In this document: positions 9,686-19,186 of the stretch, piece after piece
How the letters are laid out: each line of letters begins with the position of its first letter
Numbering within the stretch: position 1 is the first letter of the stretch
Source: an uncultured delta proteobacterium
GTDB taxonomy: Bacteria; Myxococcota_A; UBA9160; SZUA-336
Direction of reading: 5' to 3'
Assembly (NCBI GenBank): GCA_963704165.1
Contig: CAVPHD010000001.1
Location: forward strand, 480,001-544,000
DNA: 64,000 nucleotides
The notes under the pieces: model-generated
What the model saw: the letters and a program-made list of their open reading frames with translations, nothing else
What the model was told of the DNA's origin: nothing
Database searches by the model: none
Position numbers and translations under genes: made by a program

Positions 9686-10824
9686 TTCGCGCGCTCCCTC
9701 AGGCTCGGATCGACGGTCGCGCCGACGCGGAACAGATCCAGAGGCGCTGCGCGATCGAGGACTTCCTCGGGCGCCTGACCGCGCACCCGCGAGAGCTCCC
9801 GAAGACCCGTATCGATTCCGCGAACCGCCTTCTCGAGTGCAAGCGGCACCGACTCGCTTTCCGAGAGCGGCAACCCGTCCGCCACGGCGATCGAATTCGC
9901 GACGCCGAGGACATAGCCGAGCAGGTCGGCCGCGCGGGGTGCCGGAAGCTTCGAGAGTGCTTCGCCGAGCAGCGTACCGCGCAGCTGACGCGGCAGGTTC
10001 GCAGCGTCGATCAGCGCCTGACCGGGTTCGGGAGATACCCAGTCGGTGATGCGTTCGACGGTCAGCGGCCGGTAGACACGCATCGCCTGCTCGACGTCGG
10101 GGAAGCCCAGATCCTGCAGTCGATTCGCACGCCAGCGAAACGCGTACTCCTCGCACTCGGCCGGGCTCTCGAAGAGCATTCCGTAGACGAGCCGCCAGTA
10201 GAGCGGCTGGTCCTCGGCGAAGAGCGCGTGGGAGATCTCGTGGATCCGGTGCGGCGACACGTCGGGTACGGTCCCGAAGTAGACGACACCGTCCGGTGTG
10301 AAGAAGCCGATCGGTGGCTCGTCCTCCTTCCCAACGACCACGACTTCGGTGTCGGTGCGAGCAGTCAGAATCAGGATCTCGAGGTCGATCTCGCCGAGGG
10401 CTTTGACGAGCGTCGGCCTTCCGGCTTCGATCAGCGCGTCGATCCACTCGTTCGCTCGCGATACCTGGAGTTCCGCACCGGTCCAGCAGTCGAGATCGAA
10501 TGCCGCGATTCGCTGGGCGGGCGTCGCGAGCTCGAGCAGCCAGGCGGCCTCCGACATCCCACTCGCGCGGGCGGTCTGCACGAGCTCGGCCTCGGGCAGG
10601 AGCGGCACGATGTCCTCGGGGTGCTCGACGAGCATGAGGAACTCGCCGCGCGCTTCGAGCCGCAGATCCTGGCAGGCGCGGGCCTGAGCCTCGTTCGACA
10701 TCGCCGCGAGCGCGTCCTTCGCGGCTCGTCGGTCGCTTCGGGAAAGGCGCAGCAGAGCCGTGCCCGAGAGCTCCGCGGCTAGGGAATCCGGGCGCTCATC
10801 CGCCAATGCCGGGGATCGCTTCAC
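9682..10824 (-). CDS. DUF6178-like conserved hypothetical protein
   Basis: LLELATPAQRIAAFDLDCW and EEYAFRWRANRLQDLGFP resemble DUF6178 as recalled. Overlaps the lon stop region. Confidence 0.7.
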   Translation of the reverse strand: MKRSPALADERPDSLAAELSGTALLRLSRSDRRAAKDALAAMSNEAQARACQDLRLEARGEFLMLVEHPEDIVPLLPEAELVQTARASGMSEAAWLLELATPAQRIAAFDLDCWTGAELQVSRANEWIDALIEAGRPTLVKALGEIDLEILILTARTDTEVVVVGKEDEPPIGFFTPDGVVYFGTVPDVSPHRIHEISHALFAEDQPLYWRLVYGMLFESPAECEEYAFRWRANRLQDLGFPDVEQAMRVYRPLTVERITDWVSPEPGQALIDAANLPRQLRGTLLGEALSKLPAPRAADLLGYVLGVANSIAVADGLPLSESESVPLALEKAVRGIDTGLRELSRVRGQAPEEVLDRAAPLDLFRVGATVDPSLRERAK

Positions 10825-13153
10825 GCACCGCGTCGATCGACTGATCGACGAGGTGGATCTTGAACGCGGAGAGCACCTCGGGTGGAACGTCCTCGAGGTC
10901 CTTTGCGTTGCGACTGGGCAGAATCAGCTCCTTGATTCCCGCGCGATGGGCGGCGAGCACCTTGCCCTTGATACCACCGACGGGTAGAACCTGCCCGCGC
11001 AGCGTGATCTCGCCCGTCATGGCCAGGTCGCCGCGGACCGGCTTTCCCGAGAGCAGACTTGCCAGCGCCACGATCATCGTGATGCCCGCGGATGGCCCGT
11101 CCTTCGGAGTCCCGCCGGCGGGTACGTGCACGTGGATCTTCGTCTTCTCGAAGCTGTCCGGATCGATTCCGAGTGCCTCGGCATTCGTGCGCACATAGGA
11201 GAGCGCGGCCTCGACGGACTCGCGCATGACATCGCCCATCTGGCCGGTGAGGCTCAGCTCGAGCTTGCCTTCCATGCGCGCCGCTTCCACGAAGACGATG
11301 TCGCCGCCGACGGGGGTCCAGACCATGCCGGTGGCGACGCCGGGCCGCTCGATTCGTTCCGCGACCTCCCGCGTGAACTGCGCAGGTCCGAGCAGTTTCC
11401 CGAGATCCGGGGGGGCGATCTCCGGCGCGCCCTTTCCCTCGGCGATCGCGAGCGCGCACTTGCGCACGAGCGACGCGACCTGGCGCTCGAGACTGCGCAC
11501 GCCGGCCTCGCGCGTGTAGCCCTCGATCAAGCTCAGGAAGACCTCGTCCGAGAGCTCGACCGAGCCGGGCTCGAGTCCGTGCTCGGAGAGCTGACGCGGA
11601 AGAAGATGGTCGCGCCCGATGCGAAGCTTCTCGCGAGACGTGTAGCCCGGCAGCTCGATGATCTCCATGCGGTCGAGCAGCGGTGCCGGAATCGTGTCGA
11701 CGCGATTCGCCGTCGCGATGAAGAGCACGCGCGAGAGATCGAACGGAAGCTCCACGTAGTGATCGGAGAACGAAGAGTTCTGCTCGGGGTCGAGCACTTC
11801 GAGCAGGGCCGACGACGGATCGCCGCGATAGTCCATGCCGACCTTGTCGATCTCGTCGAGGATGAAGACCGGATTCCGGGTGCCCGCGCTCCGCAGATTC
11901 TGGAGCACGCGCCCCGGCAGCGCGGCGACGTAGGTGCGCCGGTGGCCACGGATCTCTGCCTCGTCGCGGACACCACCGAGCGAGCACCGCACGAACTTGC
12001 GGCCCATCGCGCGCGCGATCGATTTCCCGAGCGATGTCTTGCCGACGCCGGGTGGACCGACGAAGCACAGGATCGGTCCCTTCGGATCGGAGACGAGGTG
12101 GCGCACCGCCATGTACTCGAGGATTCGCTCCTTCACCTTCTCGAGGTCGAAATGGTCCTCGTCGAGTATGCGCCGCGCGTTCGCGAGGTCGAGGTCGTCG
12201 TCGGTCTCGACCTTCCACGGCAGGTCGAGGAGCCACTCGACGTAGGTGCGCGTGACCGAGCGTTCAGGTGAATGCGAGGGCATTCCCGCGAGCCGATTCA
12301 CCTCGCGCTCCGCCACGACGCGAACGTCGTCGGGAAGATCGACGGATTCGAGCCGCTCGCGCAGCTCGTCGCCCTCGGCAGATTGCTCGTCGGCCTCACC
12401 GAGCTCCGCGCGGATCTTGCGCAGCTGTTCGCGCAGGAGCTTTCGCCGCTCGACTTCGCCGATCTCACCCGCGGCGCGTTCGGCGAATGCCTTGGACACC
12501 TGTGCGATCCGGATCTCGCGCATCAGGTAGCGCATCAACGTGCGCAGCCGCGCCAGCACGTCCTGTTGGGAGAGCAGCTCGATCTTCTCCTCGAGCGGCA
12601 TGGTGCCGTTGAACGCGATCACGTCGGCGAGTCGGGCAGGGTCGTCGAAACGGTCGAGGATCTGCGCGGCTTCGTCTGGGATGTCTTCGCGCAGCGCCAC
12701 GAGCTCCTTGCCGAGCCGCTGAACCGTCCGCCGCGCCGCTTCGGCCTCGGGCGTGTGATCGAGCAGATCCGGAAGAACCTCCGTCCCCGCCTCCTGGAAC
12801 GGGCCGGCCTCGTTCAGGTCCAAGAGGCGCACGCGGGCGAGGCCGACCGCGACGACGGACAGGCCGGAACCGGTGTCTGCGAGGTGGACGATCTTCGCGA
12901 GCGTTCCGACCGGGTACAGATCCTCGCGCCGGGGGTGCTCCGTATCGGGCGCACGCTGCGTGACGACGACCAAGAACCCACCGCTTCGGGCCGCCTGTTG
13001 GACGGCCGCAAGCGATTCCTTGCGGCCGACGGACAGGGGCAAGGTCACGCCCGGGAAGATCACCGTATTGCGGACCGGCAATACCGGAACGCGGACGGGC
13101 ACTTCGACCTGCTCGCCGCCGATCTCGATCGTCGCCGTCTCGACTTCGCTCAC
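10796..13153 (-). CDS. lon: ATP-dependent Lon protease
   Basis: LON N-domain, Walker A GPPGVGKTS, IRGHRRTY, DEIDK, catalytic PKDGPSAG and GGIKGK. Confidence 0.97.
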   Translation of the reverse strand: MSEVETATIEIGGEQVEVPVRVPVLPVRNTVIFPGVTLPLSVGRKESLAAVQQAARSGGFLVVVTQRAPDTEHPRREDLYPVGTLAKIVHLADTGSGLSVVAVGLARVRLLDLNEAGPFQEAGTEVLPDLLDHTPEAEAARRTVQRLGKELVALREDIPDEAAQILDRFDDPARLADVIAFNGTMPLEEKIELLSQQDVLARLRTLMRYLMREIRIAQVSKAFAERAAGEIGEVERRKLLREQLRKIRAELGEADEQSAEGDELRERLESVDLPDDVRVVAEREVNRLAGMPSHSPERSVTRTYVEWLLDLPWKVETDDDLDLANARRILDEDHFDLEKVKERILEYMAVRHLVSDPKGPILCFVGPPGVGKTSLGKSIARAMGRKFVRCSLGGVRDEAEIRGHRRTYVAALPGRVLQNLRSAGTRNPVFILDEIDKVGMDYRGDPSSALLEVLDPEQNSSFSDHYVELPFDLSRVLFIATANRVDTIPAPLLDRMEIIELPGYTSREKLRIGRDHLLPRQLSEHGLEPGSVELSDEVFLSLIEGYTREAGVRSLERQVASLVRKCALAIAEGKGAPEIAPPDLGKLLGPAQFTREVAERIERPGVATGMVWTPVGGDIVFVEAARMEGKLELSLTGQMGDVMRESVEAALSYVRTNAEALGIDPDSFEKTKIHVHVPAGGTPKDGPSAGITMIVALASLLSGKPVRGDLAMTGEITLRGQVLPVGGIKGKVLAAHRAGIKELILPSRNAKDLEDVPPEVLSAFKIHLVDQSIDAVREAIPGIGG

Positions 13154-13208
13154 TGTGTCGGCAACGCTAGAGCCCGACCGGCCACGGTCAACTCGAAGGC
13201 CCGAACGG

Positions 13209-13238
13209 AAAAAGGCCGCGGCACCTGGCCGCGGCCCT
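13209..13238 (-). terminator. Intrinsic terminator after the BON-domain gene
   Basis: Minus strand GGCCGCGGC-CAGGT-GCCGCGGCC followed by TTTTT. Confidence 0.8.
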
Positions 13239-13267
13239 TCGATTCCGACCCGAGATCGAACTCGAGA

Positions 13268-13787
13268 TCAGTAGTCCAGGTCGTCGTAGTTCAGCGAGTT
13301 CACGCAGGGTACGCGCTTGATCAGATTGATCAGCGAACCGGCCTGCGAGTAGTCCTTGAGATCGCCCTTCACGACGAGGTTGCGATCCTTGATCTGGATG
13401 TCGATCTTGCGGCGCGCCTGGGTCAACTCCTCGTCGTTCTCGATTTCCTTGTCGACCTTGGCCATGACCGTCTGATCGGTGGCGGCGCTGCAGTCCTCGA
13501 CGTTGCCGACGCGGATCCGGTTTCGGACTTCCTTCACGCCGCGCATGCCCTTGATGATCTCCTCGGCCTTCTTGCTCTGCTCTTCCGTGGCGACGTTGCC
13601 CGTCATCATCATCATGCCGCGCATCGACTTGATGGTGACCTCCATCAGCCCGGGCACCTTGTACAGGTCCTTGCCCGCTTTCAACTCTCGCTTGAACTCG
13701 GCCTGACTCTGGGCCGACGCCTGCAGCTGCGAACCCGACGGAAAAAGCGACGACGATCGCGAACACGGTGCGCAAAGACCGACTCAT
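13268..13787 (-). CDS. Secreted BON-domain (OsmY-like) protein, one +1 frameshift near 13720
   Basis: GGAGG RBS and ATG 13787 give signal peptide MSRSLRTVFAIVVAFSVGFAAA. Removing one base joins it to ASAQSQAEFKRELKAGKD and two BON-like repeats (GNVATEE..GVKEVRNRIRV). Confidence 0.75.
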
Positions 13788-13925
13788 TTGAACTGCCTCC
13801 GAAAGTAGGTGCTCGAGGGCCCGATATCGGGCCAAGCGTTGAACCGGGCCGTAGCCTATCGGACGCTCCTCGCAACGGTCAACCGCGATTGGCTTTGGCA
13901 TCTCGACTCGAAACCTGGGACCGCG

Positions 13926-15302
13926 TCAGTACTTCGCGTATTCGACGAGCTTGGGAATCGCCTTCTGCCACGGGCCATTCCAGCTGTCGAGAACGGCCCT
14001 CGCCGGGCTCGTGCCCCGCTCGACGATGGCCTCGAGCGGCTCGAGATAGACCGCTTCGTCGTGACCCGCTGCATCGAGCACCGCCTGTCTGCGAAGCCCG
14101 GCGCGAGAGATCGATAGGAGTTCGCGCGCGACCTCGAGCACCGGCGCGTCGGGCGTCCGTGCCTGTAGCCCGTGCCGCGCGACCTCTCCGTGAAGGGCGT
14201 GGACCTGCGGGTGCGTCCAGGATTTGACGCGAGAGATACCCGCCTCGAGCGCGAGATCGTCGTAGAACAGGCCCTTCCAGAACGCCGGCAGCGCGCAGAC
14301 GGCTGCACCCGGTACCGCGTCGGTCCCGCGGGTCTCGATCACACGCTTCAGCCGTACCTCGGGAAAGAGCGTCGTCAGATGCACGTTCCAATCGGCGAGC
14401 GATGCGCGCATTCCGTCGCGTCCCTGGGCCATGTAGTTCCGAAACGTCTGACCGTACGCGGGAATGCTTCGGCCCTCTCGAACGATCAGGAACATCGGCA
14501 CGTCGAGCGCCCATTCAGTGTACGCACGGTAGGCCGTGCCCGCGCCGAAGCTTTCTTCGAACGCGAAGGGCAGCAGGCTCCAGCGGTCATTGTCGGTGTG
14601 ACGCCAGATCCAGGCCCGCCTCGACTCGAAGCCATTGGGCCGACCCATGCTGATGCTCGAGTTCGCGAACAACGCGGACGAGATCGGCGACGTGGCAAGG
14701 GCGAGCCGCAGCTTCCGCGCGGCGTCCGCTTCGGACGAGAAATCGAAATTCGCCTGGACTCCGGCGGTGGCGTGCATCATGTGCAGGCCGAGCTCGTCGC
14801 GTTGCGCGAGGTAGTCGCGCATGATCGCGTGCCGCTCGCGCGGCATTCGCGGCAGCTCCTCGACGGCCGCGATCGGATGCATCCCCAAGCCGAGCCAGAT
14901 GATCCCGAGCGGCTCCGATACCTGGTTCACGAGTTCGATGTGCTCGCGGAACTCGCGCATGGTCTCGTGAACCGATGTGTGAGGCGCACCGGAGAGCTCG
15001 AGCTGACCGCCGGGCTCGAGCGTGATCGTACTTCCATCGCGCTCCAGACCGACGAGCTTTCCGGCGTCGATCAGCGGCTTCCAGCCGAACCCGCTCGAGA
15101 TCGCGGCGAGCAGCGCGCGGATTCCGCGATCGCCCTCGTACGGTACCGGGCGAAGACTCTGCGCGTAGAGCCCGAGCTTCTCGTGCTCGGTGCCGACGCG
15201 CCAGTCCTCGCGCGCGGTCTCACCGTCGCGAAAGAACTCGACCAATTGCTCGACACCCTCGATCGGGCGCTCGAAGCGAGGATCGTCCCGCGTCAGACTC
15301 AC
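13926..15302 (-). CDS. gshA: Glutamate--cysteine ligase (plant/alphaproteobacterial type)
   Basis: VGTEHEK, ITLEPGGQLELSGAP, QANFDFSSE, HLTTLFPEVRLKR, CALPAFWKGL. Confidence 0.93.
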   Translation of the reverse strand: MSLTRDDPRFERPIEGVEQLVEFFRDGETAREDWRVGTEHEKLGLYAQSLRPVPYEGDRGIRALLAAISSGFGWKPLIDAGKLVGLERDGSTITLEPGGQLELSGAPHTSVHETMREFREHIELVNQVSEPLGIIWLGLGMHPIAAVEELPRMPRERHAIMRDYLAQRDELGLHMMHATAGVQANFDFSSEADAARKLRLALATSPISSALFANSSISMGRPNGFESRRAWIWRHTDNDRWSLLPFAFEESFGAGTAYRAYTEWALDVPMFLIVREGRSIPAYGQTFRNYMAQGRDGMRASLADWNVHLTTLFPEVRLKRVIETRGTDAVPGAAVCALPAFWKGLFYDDLALEAGISRVKSWTHPQVHALHGEVARHGLQARTPDAPVLEVARELLSISRAGLRRQAVLDAAGHDEAVYLEPLEAIVERGTSPARAVLDSWNGPWQKAIPKLVEYAKY

Positions 15303-15883
15303 GTGCGCGCTTCCGCGCGGGGTTCTGCCGAGTAGAGGTCGGGATTCAAGAGCCGGACGAATGCGCAGACGACCGCCTGCGCGCCGTACTCGGCGCGCGT
15401 CAGCACCCCGCCGCTGAGCCGGCCGATGTTTCCCGCGCCACTCCCGGGGTCACGGACGCCCGCAGGTGCTCGGTACAGCGCATCGAAGACTTCGCCGATC
15501 GGCGTGCGCGGAATCGCGGTCGCGCGTCGCACGCACTCGGGCGGATACCCGAAGCCCGCAGTGAAGCCGACCGACTCGTGCGAACCGTCGTACAGCACGC
15601 AACAGCCGATGTTGATCCAGCCGACTCCCTCGTCGGGGATTCGAATCAGGCCGTCTTCGATTCCGGCCGCGAGGTCACACGGACCGACTCGGTGCGCACC
15701 GCGGGCGCGGCTGCGGGCGCCCGCGATGATCTCTTCCCAACCGAGAGGCTGGCCATCCACGCCGCTCGAAACCTCGGATGACTCGATCTCGACGCTGGCG
15801 AAGAACGGCGCAAGGCCACTCCGAACGGCCTCGAGCTTGGCCGTGTTCAGGCTGCCGACGCGCACGAGAATGCGCGCGTTCAA
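15299..15883 (-). CDS. yjjX: Inosine/xanthosine triphosphatase (YjjX/DUF84)
   Basis: VGSLNTAKLEAV, SGVDGQP, GARSRA, GIEDGL, GNIGRLSGGVLTR. TTG start overlaps the upstream stop. Confidence 0.85.
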   Translation of the reverse strand: MNARILVRVGSLNTAKLEAVRSGLAPFFASVEIESSEVSSGVDGQPLGWEEIIAGARSRARGAHRVGPCDLAAGIEDGLIRIPDEGVGWINIGCCVLYDGSHESVGFTAGFGYPPECVRRATAIPRTPIGEVFDALYRAPAGVRDPGSGAGNIGRLSGGVLTRAEYGAQAVVCAFVRLLNPDLYSAEPRAEART

Positions 15884-16305
15884 GCGCCCGATGCCTCCCG
15901 TACCAGCTGCTCGATGAGATCTTCGAGCGCCTTCTCCACCTCGGATCCGCGCAGCGGCGCTTCCTGGCAGGGTCCCTCCTGCTTGCCGCGCTTGAACGGA
16001 CCGACCAAACGCACCTTCCCGGGACCCTCCGCGATCGCGATGCAGAGCAGCTCGGTCCGCCCGCGCGTCACGCGAAACTGGACGCAGTCGATGTGCTTCT
16101 CGTCCGGCTCGACCGCCGACACCTCGAGATGCCCGAGATAGGGTGCACCGATCTCCGCCGCGCGTTCGCGAAAGGCCTCGACCGCTTCGAATGCCAGCTC
16201 CCGTAGATCGCGAGCGGCATCGCGCACGTCCCGCAGACGCACCATCAGATCGGAATCCCGGAGCGCCAGTTCGTCCGCCAGATTCCTGAAGCGCGTGCTG
16301 TCCAT
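15880..16305 (-). CDS. Hypothetical protein
   Basis: 141-aa ORF (MDSTRFRNLADEL...) with a TACACT -10 box 6 nt upstream, coupled to yjjX. Confidence 0.7.
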   Translation of the reverse strand: MDSTRFRNLADELALRDSDLMVRLRDVRDAARDLRELAFEAVEAFRERAAEIGAPYLGHLEVSAVEPDEKHIDCVQFRVTRGRTELLCIAIAEGPGKVRLVGPFKRGKQEGPCQEAPLRGSEVEKALEDLIEQLVREASGA

Positions 16306-16361
16306 CGGCGCAGTGTATTTCATTCGGGCCGCCGTGATCCCGGCGGTATACTCGCCGCGCT

Positions 16362-17726
16362 TTGGTGAGCTCGAGGGCATGGCTGGCGGTCGCGACGGCG
16401 CTCGGCGGGTTCGCCGCAGCGCTCGGCGTCGGCGAGTTCGGGCTCGCCTGGGTCAGTTTCGCGGCCGCCCTGCTCGTCTTCTGCCTGTCGACGCAGATCT
16501 CGCTCAACTGGCAGATCGCGATCGCGACGGTGCTCGGCATCGCCTTCGGCCGCGCGACATCGCTCGGGGTTCTCGACCCTGAGGCCGCCGAAGCGATGCA
16601 GAGCGTCGGAAGGCTCTTCATCGGACTGCTGAAGATGCTGATTGCGCCGATGATCCTGCTCTCCATCGTCCACGGAATCGCGAGCATGGGAGAAGCGCGA
16701 CAGCTGGGCCGCCTTGGTTCCCGCACGCTCGGGCTCTACCTGCTTACGATGGTGCTCGCCGCCGCGACGGGTCTCTTGCTCGTGAATCTGGTGCAGCCCG
16801 GGGAAGGCAGCGCCCTCGCGCAAAGCGAGTTCTTTCGAGGTGCGGTCGGGGCGGTACCCACCGCGCCGCACGGTCCACCCGCGCTCGGGGAGTTCCTGGT
16901 CGGGACGATGTCTCAGCTGATCTCGAACCCGATCGCGGCGCTGGCCGAGGGGAAGATCCTGCCCATCGTGCTGTTCGCGATCCTGCTCGGAGTCGCGCTG
17001 CTCCAGATCGGGCCGAGCGGAGCGCCACTGATCGCCGTGCTCGGCGGGGCGTCGGCGGCCGTCATGCTGATCATCGGTTGGTTCGTGCGGCTCGCACCTG
17101 TCGGGATCTTCGCGCTGATCGGCCATCTGGTCGCGACCGTGAGCTTCGCGGTGATCGTCGAGAATCTCGCGGAATTCTCGGGCGTCGTGATCTTCGGAAC
17201 GCTCTTTCACGCCGCGGTGACGCTTCCCGCGCTCGCCTGGTATCTCGGCGGCATCTCGCCGCTGCTTCTGTTCCGAGGGATCCGCGAAGCACTCGCGGTC
17301 GCGTTCACGACCAGCTCGAGCACCGCCACGCTTCCCGTCACGACACGTTGCGTAGAGGATGGTCTGGGTGTCCCTCCGCAGATCTCGAGCTTCGTGCTGC
17401 CGCTCGGCGCGACGGTCAACATGGACGGCACGGCGCTCTACGAAGCCGTGGCCGCGATCTTCGTCGCAGGGATCTACGGTGTCGATCTGGGGATCGGCGG
17501 TCAGATCGTCGTGTTCGTCGTCGCGATCGCGACGTCGATTGGCGCCCCCGGAATTCCCAGCGCGGGGATGGTCACGATGGTGATCGTGCTCGAAGCGGCG
17601 GGGCTGCCCGGCGAGGCGGTGGGACTGCTGCTCACGATCGACCGCTTCCTCGACACGTTCCGCACGATGGCGAACGTGGAGGGCGATGCCGTGGTCGCCG
17701 CGATCGTCTCGCGTCAGCTTCGCTGA
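16362..17726 (+). CDS. Dicarboxylate/amino acid:cation symporter (DAACS, GltP-like)
   Basis: FIGLLKMLIAP, AFTTSSSTATLP, LPLGATVNMDGTALY, DRFLDTFRTMANVEGD. Confidence 0.95.
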   Translation: MVSSRAWLAVATALGGFAAALGVGEFGLAWVSFAAALLVFCLSTQISLNWQIAIATVLGIAFGRATSLGVLDPEAAEAMQSVGRLFIGLLKMLIAPMILLSIVHGIASMGEARQLGRLGSRTLGLYLLTMVLAAATGLLLVNLVQPGEGSALAQSEFFRGAVGAVPTAPHGPPALGEFLVGTMSQLISNPIAALAEGKILPIVLFAILLGVALLQIGPSGAPLIAVLGGASAAVMLIIGWFVRLAPVGIFALIGHLVATVSFAVIVENLAEFSGVVIFGTLFHAAVTLPALAWYLGGISPLLLFRGIREALAVAFTTSSSTATLPVTTRCVEDGLGVPPQISSFVLPLGATVNMDGTALYEAVAAIFVAGIYGVDLGIGGQIVVFVVAIATSIGAPGIPSAGMVTMVIVLEAAGLPGEAVGLLLTIDRFLDTFRTMANVEGDAVVAAIVSRQLR

Positions 17727-17735
17727 CGCGCCGAG

Positions 17736-19067
17736 TCACATCGCGGCGTCGAGAACCGCCGTCGGCTCCGCGGCCTGCAGCTCGGCAAGGCGCATGTCCT
17801 TGATCTGATTGAAACGCACGAGCGAGCGCGACGGAACGGGCTCGCCCATCTCGAACTTCACCGAGAGCGGGTCGAAGAAGCGGCCGTTCTTCTGGATCCG
17901 GAAGTCCAGGTGAGGACCGGTGGCGAGTCCCGTCTTGCCCACGAAGCCGATCAGCTGCTTCTGCGAAACGCTCTGACCGACGCGCAATCCCTTCGGGTAC
18001 CGGGAGAGATGCCCGTAGTACGAAATATAGCCGTTGGAGTGCTTGATCTTGACGAGGTGTCCGAATCCACCGCTCCACCCGACGTGGATCACCTTACCGT
18101 TGGCCACCGACCACACCGGAGTGCCGATCGGCGCGGCGTAGTCCACACCCTCGTGCGGCCGACGAACGCGAAGGATCGGATGCAGCCGCGCCTTGCTGTA
18201 TCGCGACGAGATGCGGCTGTACTTCACCGGCGCCTTCAGGAACGAGCGGCGCACGGAGTTTCCGTCGGGTGAGTAGTAGTCGCCGCGACCCTGCTCGTCC
18301 TCGAACCAGACGGCCACGAAGTCGCCCTTCGAGGCGCGGTACTCGGCAGCAAGCACCCGGCCGTAACGCACGAAGCCGTCCTTGTCGAAGTACTTCTCGA
18401 AGACCATGCGGAATTCATCGCCGGGCCGGGTCTGAGTCGAGAAGTCGATGTCCCAGAGGAAGATGTCGGTGAAGGCGTGCACGAGCTCGGCTCCCTCGCC
18501 GAGATCGACCAGTGAGTTGAAGAGCGACCCCTTCACGACACCGCCGAGCTGAAGCACGCGGCGCTCGAGCGGGGCGACTTCCTTCTTCGCGATCAAGCCA
18601 CCGCTCGGGCCGCGATCGAGGCGGAAGACCTCTCCGCGGCCGCGCTGGTATTCGAACGAGAGCAGCTGGCCGGCGTCATCGCGGATCAGCGCATAGAAGT
18701 CGCCCGCGTGAGCGCGACGGAAGTCGAAGATCGGACGTAGGCCACGCGCGATCTGATCGACCAAGACCGGGCTCACGCGCGAACCGCGAAGGGCCCCTGC
18801 GAGCGTGCCGCCCTTCGGCACCCGACCGGTCGTGATCGTGAGCGTCGAATCAGTCGCACTCGAGAGGACCGGATCCAGCGATCGGTCCGTCTCGGGGGAG
18901 AGGAGATCGGAGATGTCCCCGTAGTGGGTCGTCATCTCGGTACGGGGCGCCTCGTCGACCGATGCGATCAGAATCGGAAGCGACGAGACCTGTGCCGACG
19001 CGGCTGCCGCCGCAGTTGTCACTGCGACGAGCAAGCTGCTCGCAAAGAGCGCCGGTAGACCCCTCAT
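17736..19067 (-). CDS. M23 family peptidoglycan endopeptidase (MepM/Csd3-like)
   Basis: Signal peptide, FLKAPVKYSRISS, RLHPIL..HEGVDYAAP, YGHLS, TGPHLDF. GGAGG RBS. Confidence 0.92.
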   Translation of the reverse strand: MRGLPALFASSLLVAVTTAAAAASAQVSSLPILIASVDEAPRTEMTTHYGDISDLLSPETDRSLDPVLSSATDSTLTITTGRVPKGGTLAGALRGSRVSPVLVDQIARGLRPIFDFRRAHAGDFYALIRDDAGQLLSFEYQRGRGEVFRLDRGPSGGLIAKKEVAPLERRVLQLGGVVKGSLFNSLVDLGEGAELVHAFTDIFLWDIDFSTQTRPGDEFRMVFEKYFDKDGFVRYGRVLAAEYRASKGDFVAVWFEDEQGRGDYYSPDGNSVRRSFLKAPVKYSRISSRYSKARLHPILRVRRPHEGVDYAAPIGTPVWSVANGKVIHVGWSGGFGHLVKIKHSNGYISYYGHLSRYPKGLRVGQSVSQKQLIGFVGKTGLATGPHLDFRIQKNGRFFDPLSVKFEMGEPVPSRSLVRFNQIKDMRLAELQAAEPTAVLDAAM

Positions 19068-19125
19068 GCTATGCCTCCGAGAACGGGCAGAAGTTTTCTG
19101 TATCGCAGTCGCGTTCGATCACGAC

Positions 19126-19141
19126 TGTGACCAAAATCACA
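19126..19141. promoter_or_regulatory. CRP-family binding palindrome TGTGA-N6-TCACA
   Basis: TGTGACCAAAATCACA, an exact consensus match in the divergent intergenic region. Confidence 0.65.
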
Positions 19142-19186
19142 ATCGGATCGAGCACTTCGCTCGAACCGGCAACTGGGAGACCCAAG

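Noticed and set aside
15299..16726. 475-aa ORF as an extended YjjX
   Set aside because: Only the last ~194 aa match YjjX. The rest overlaps a separate hypothetical gene and the DAACS gene on the other strand.
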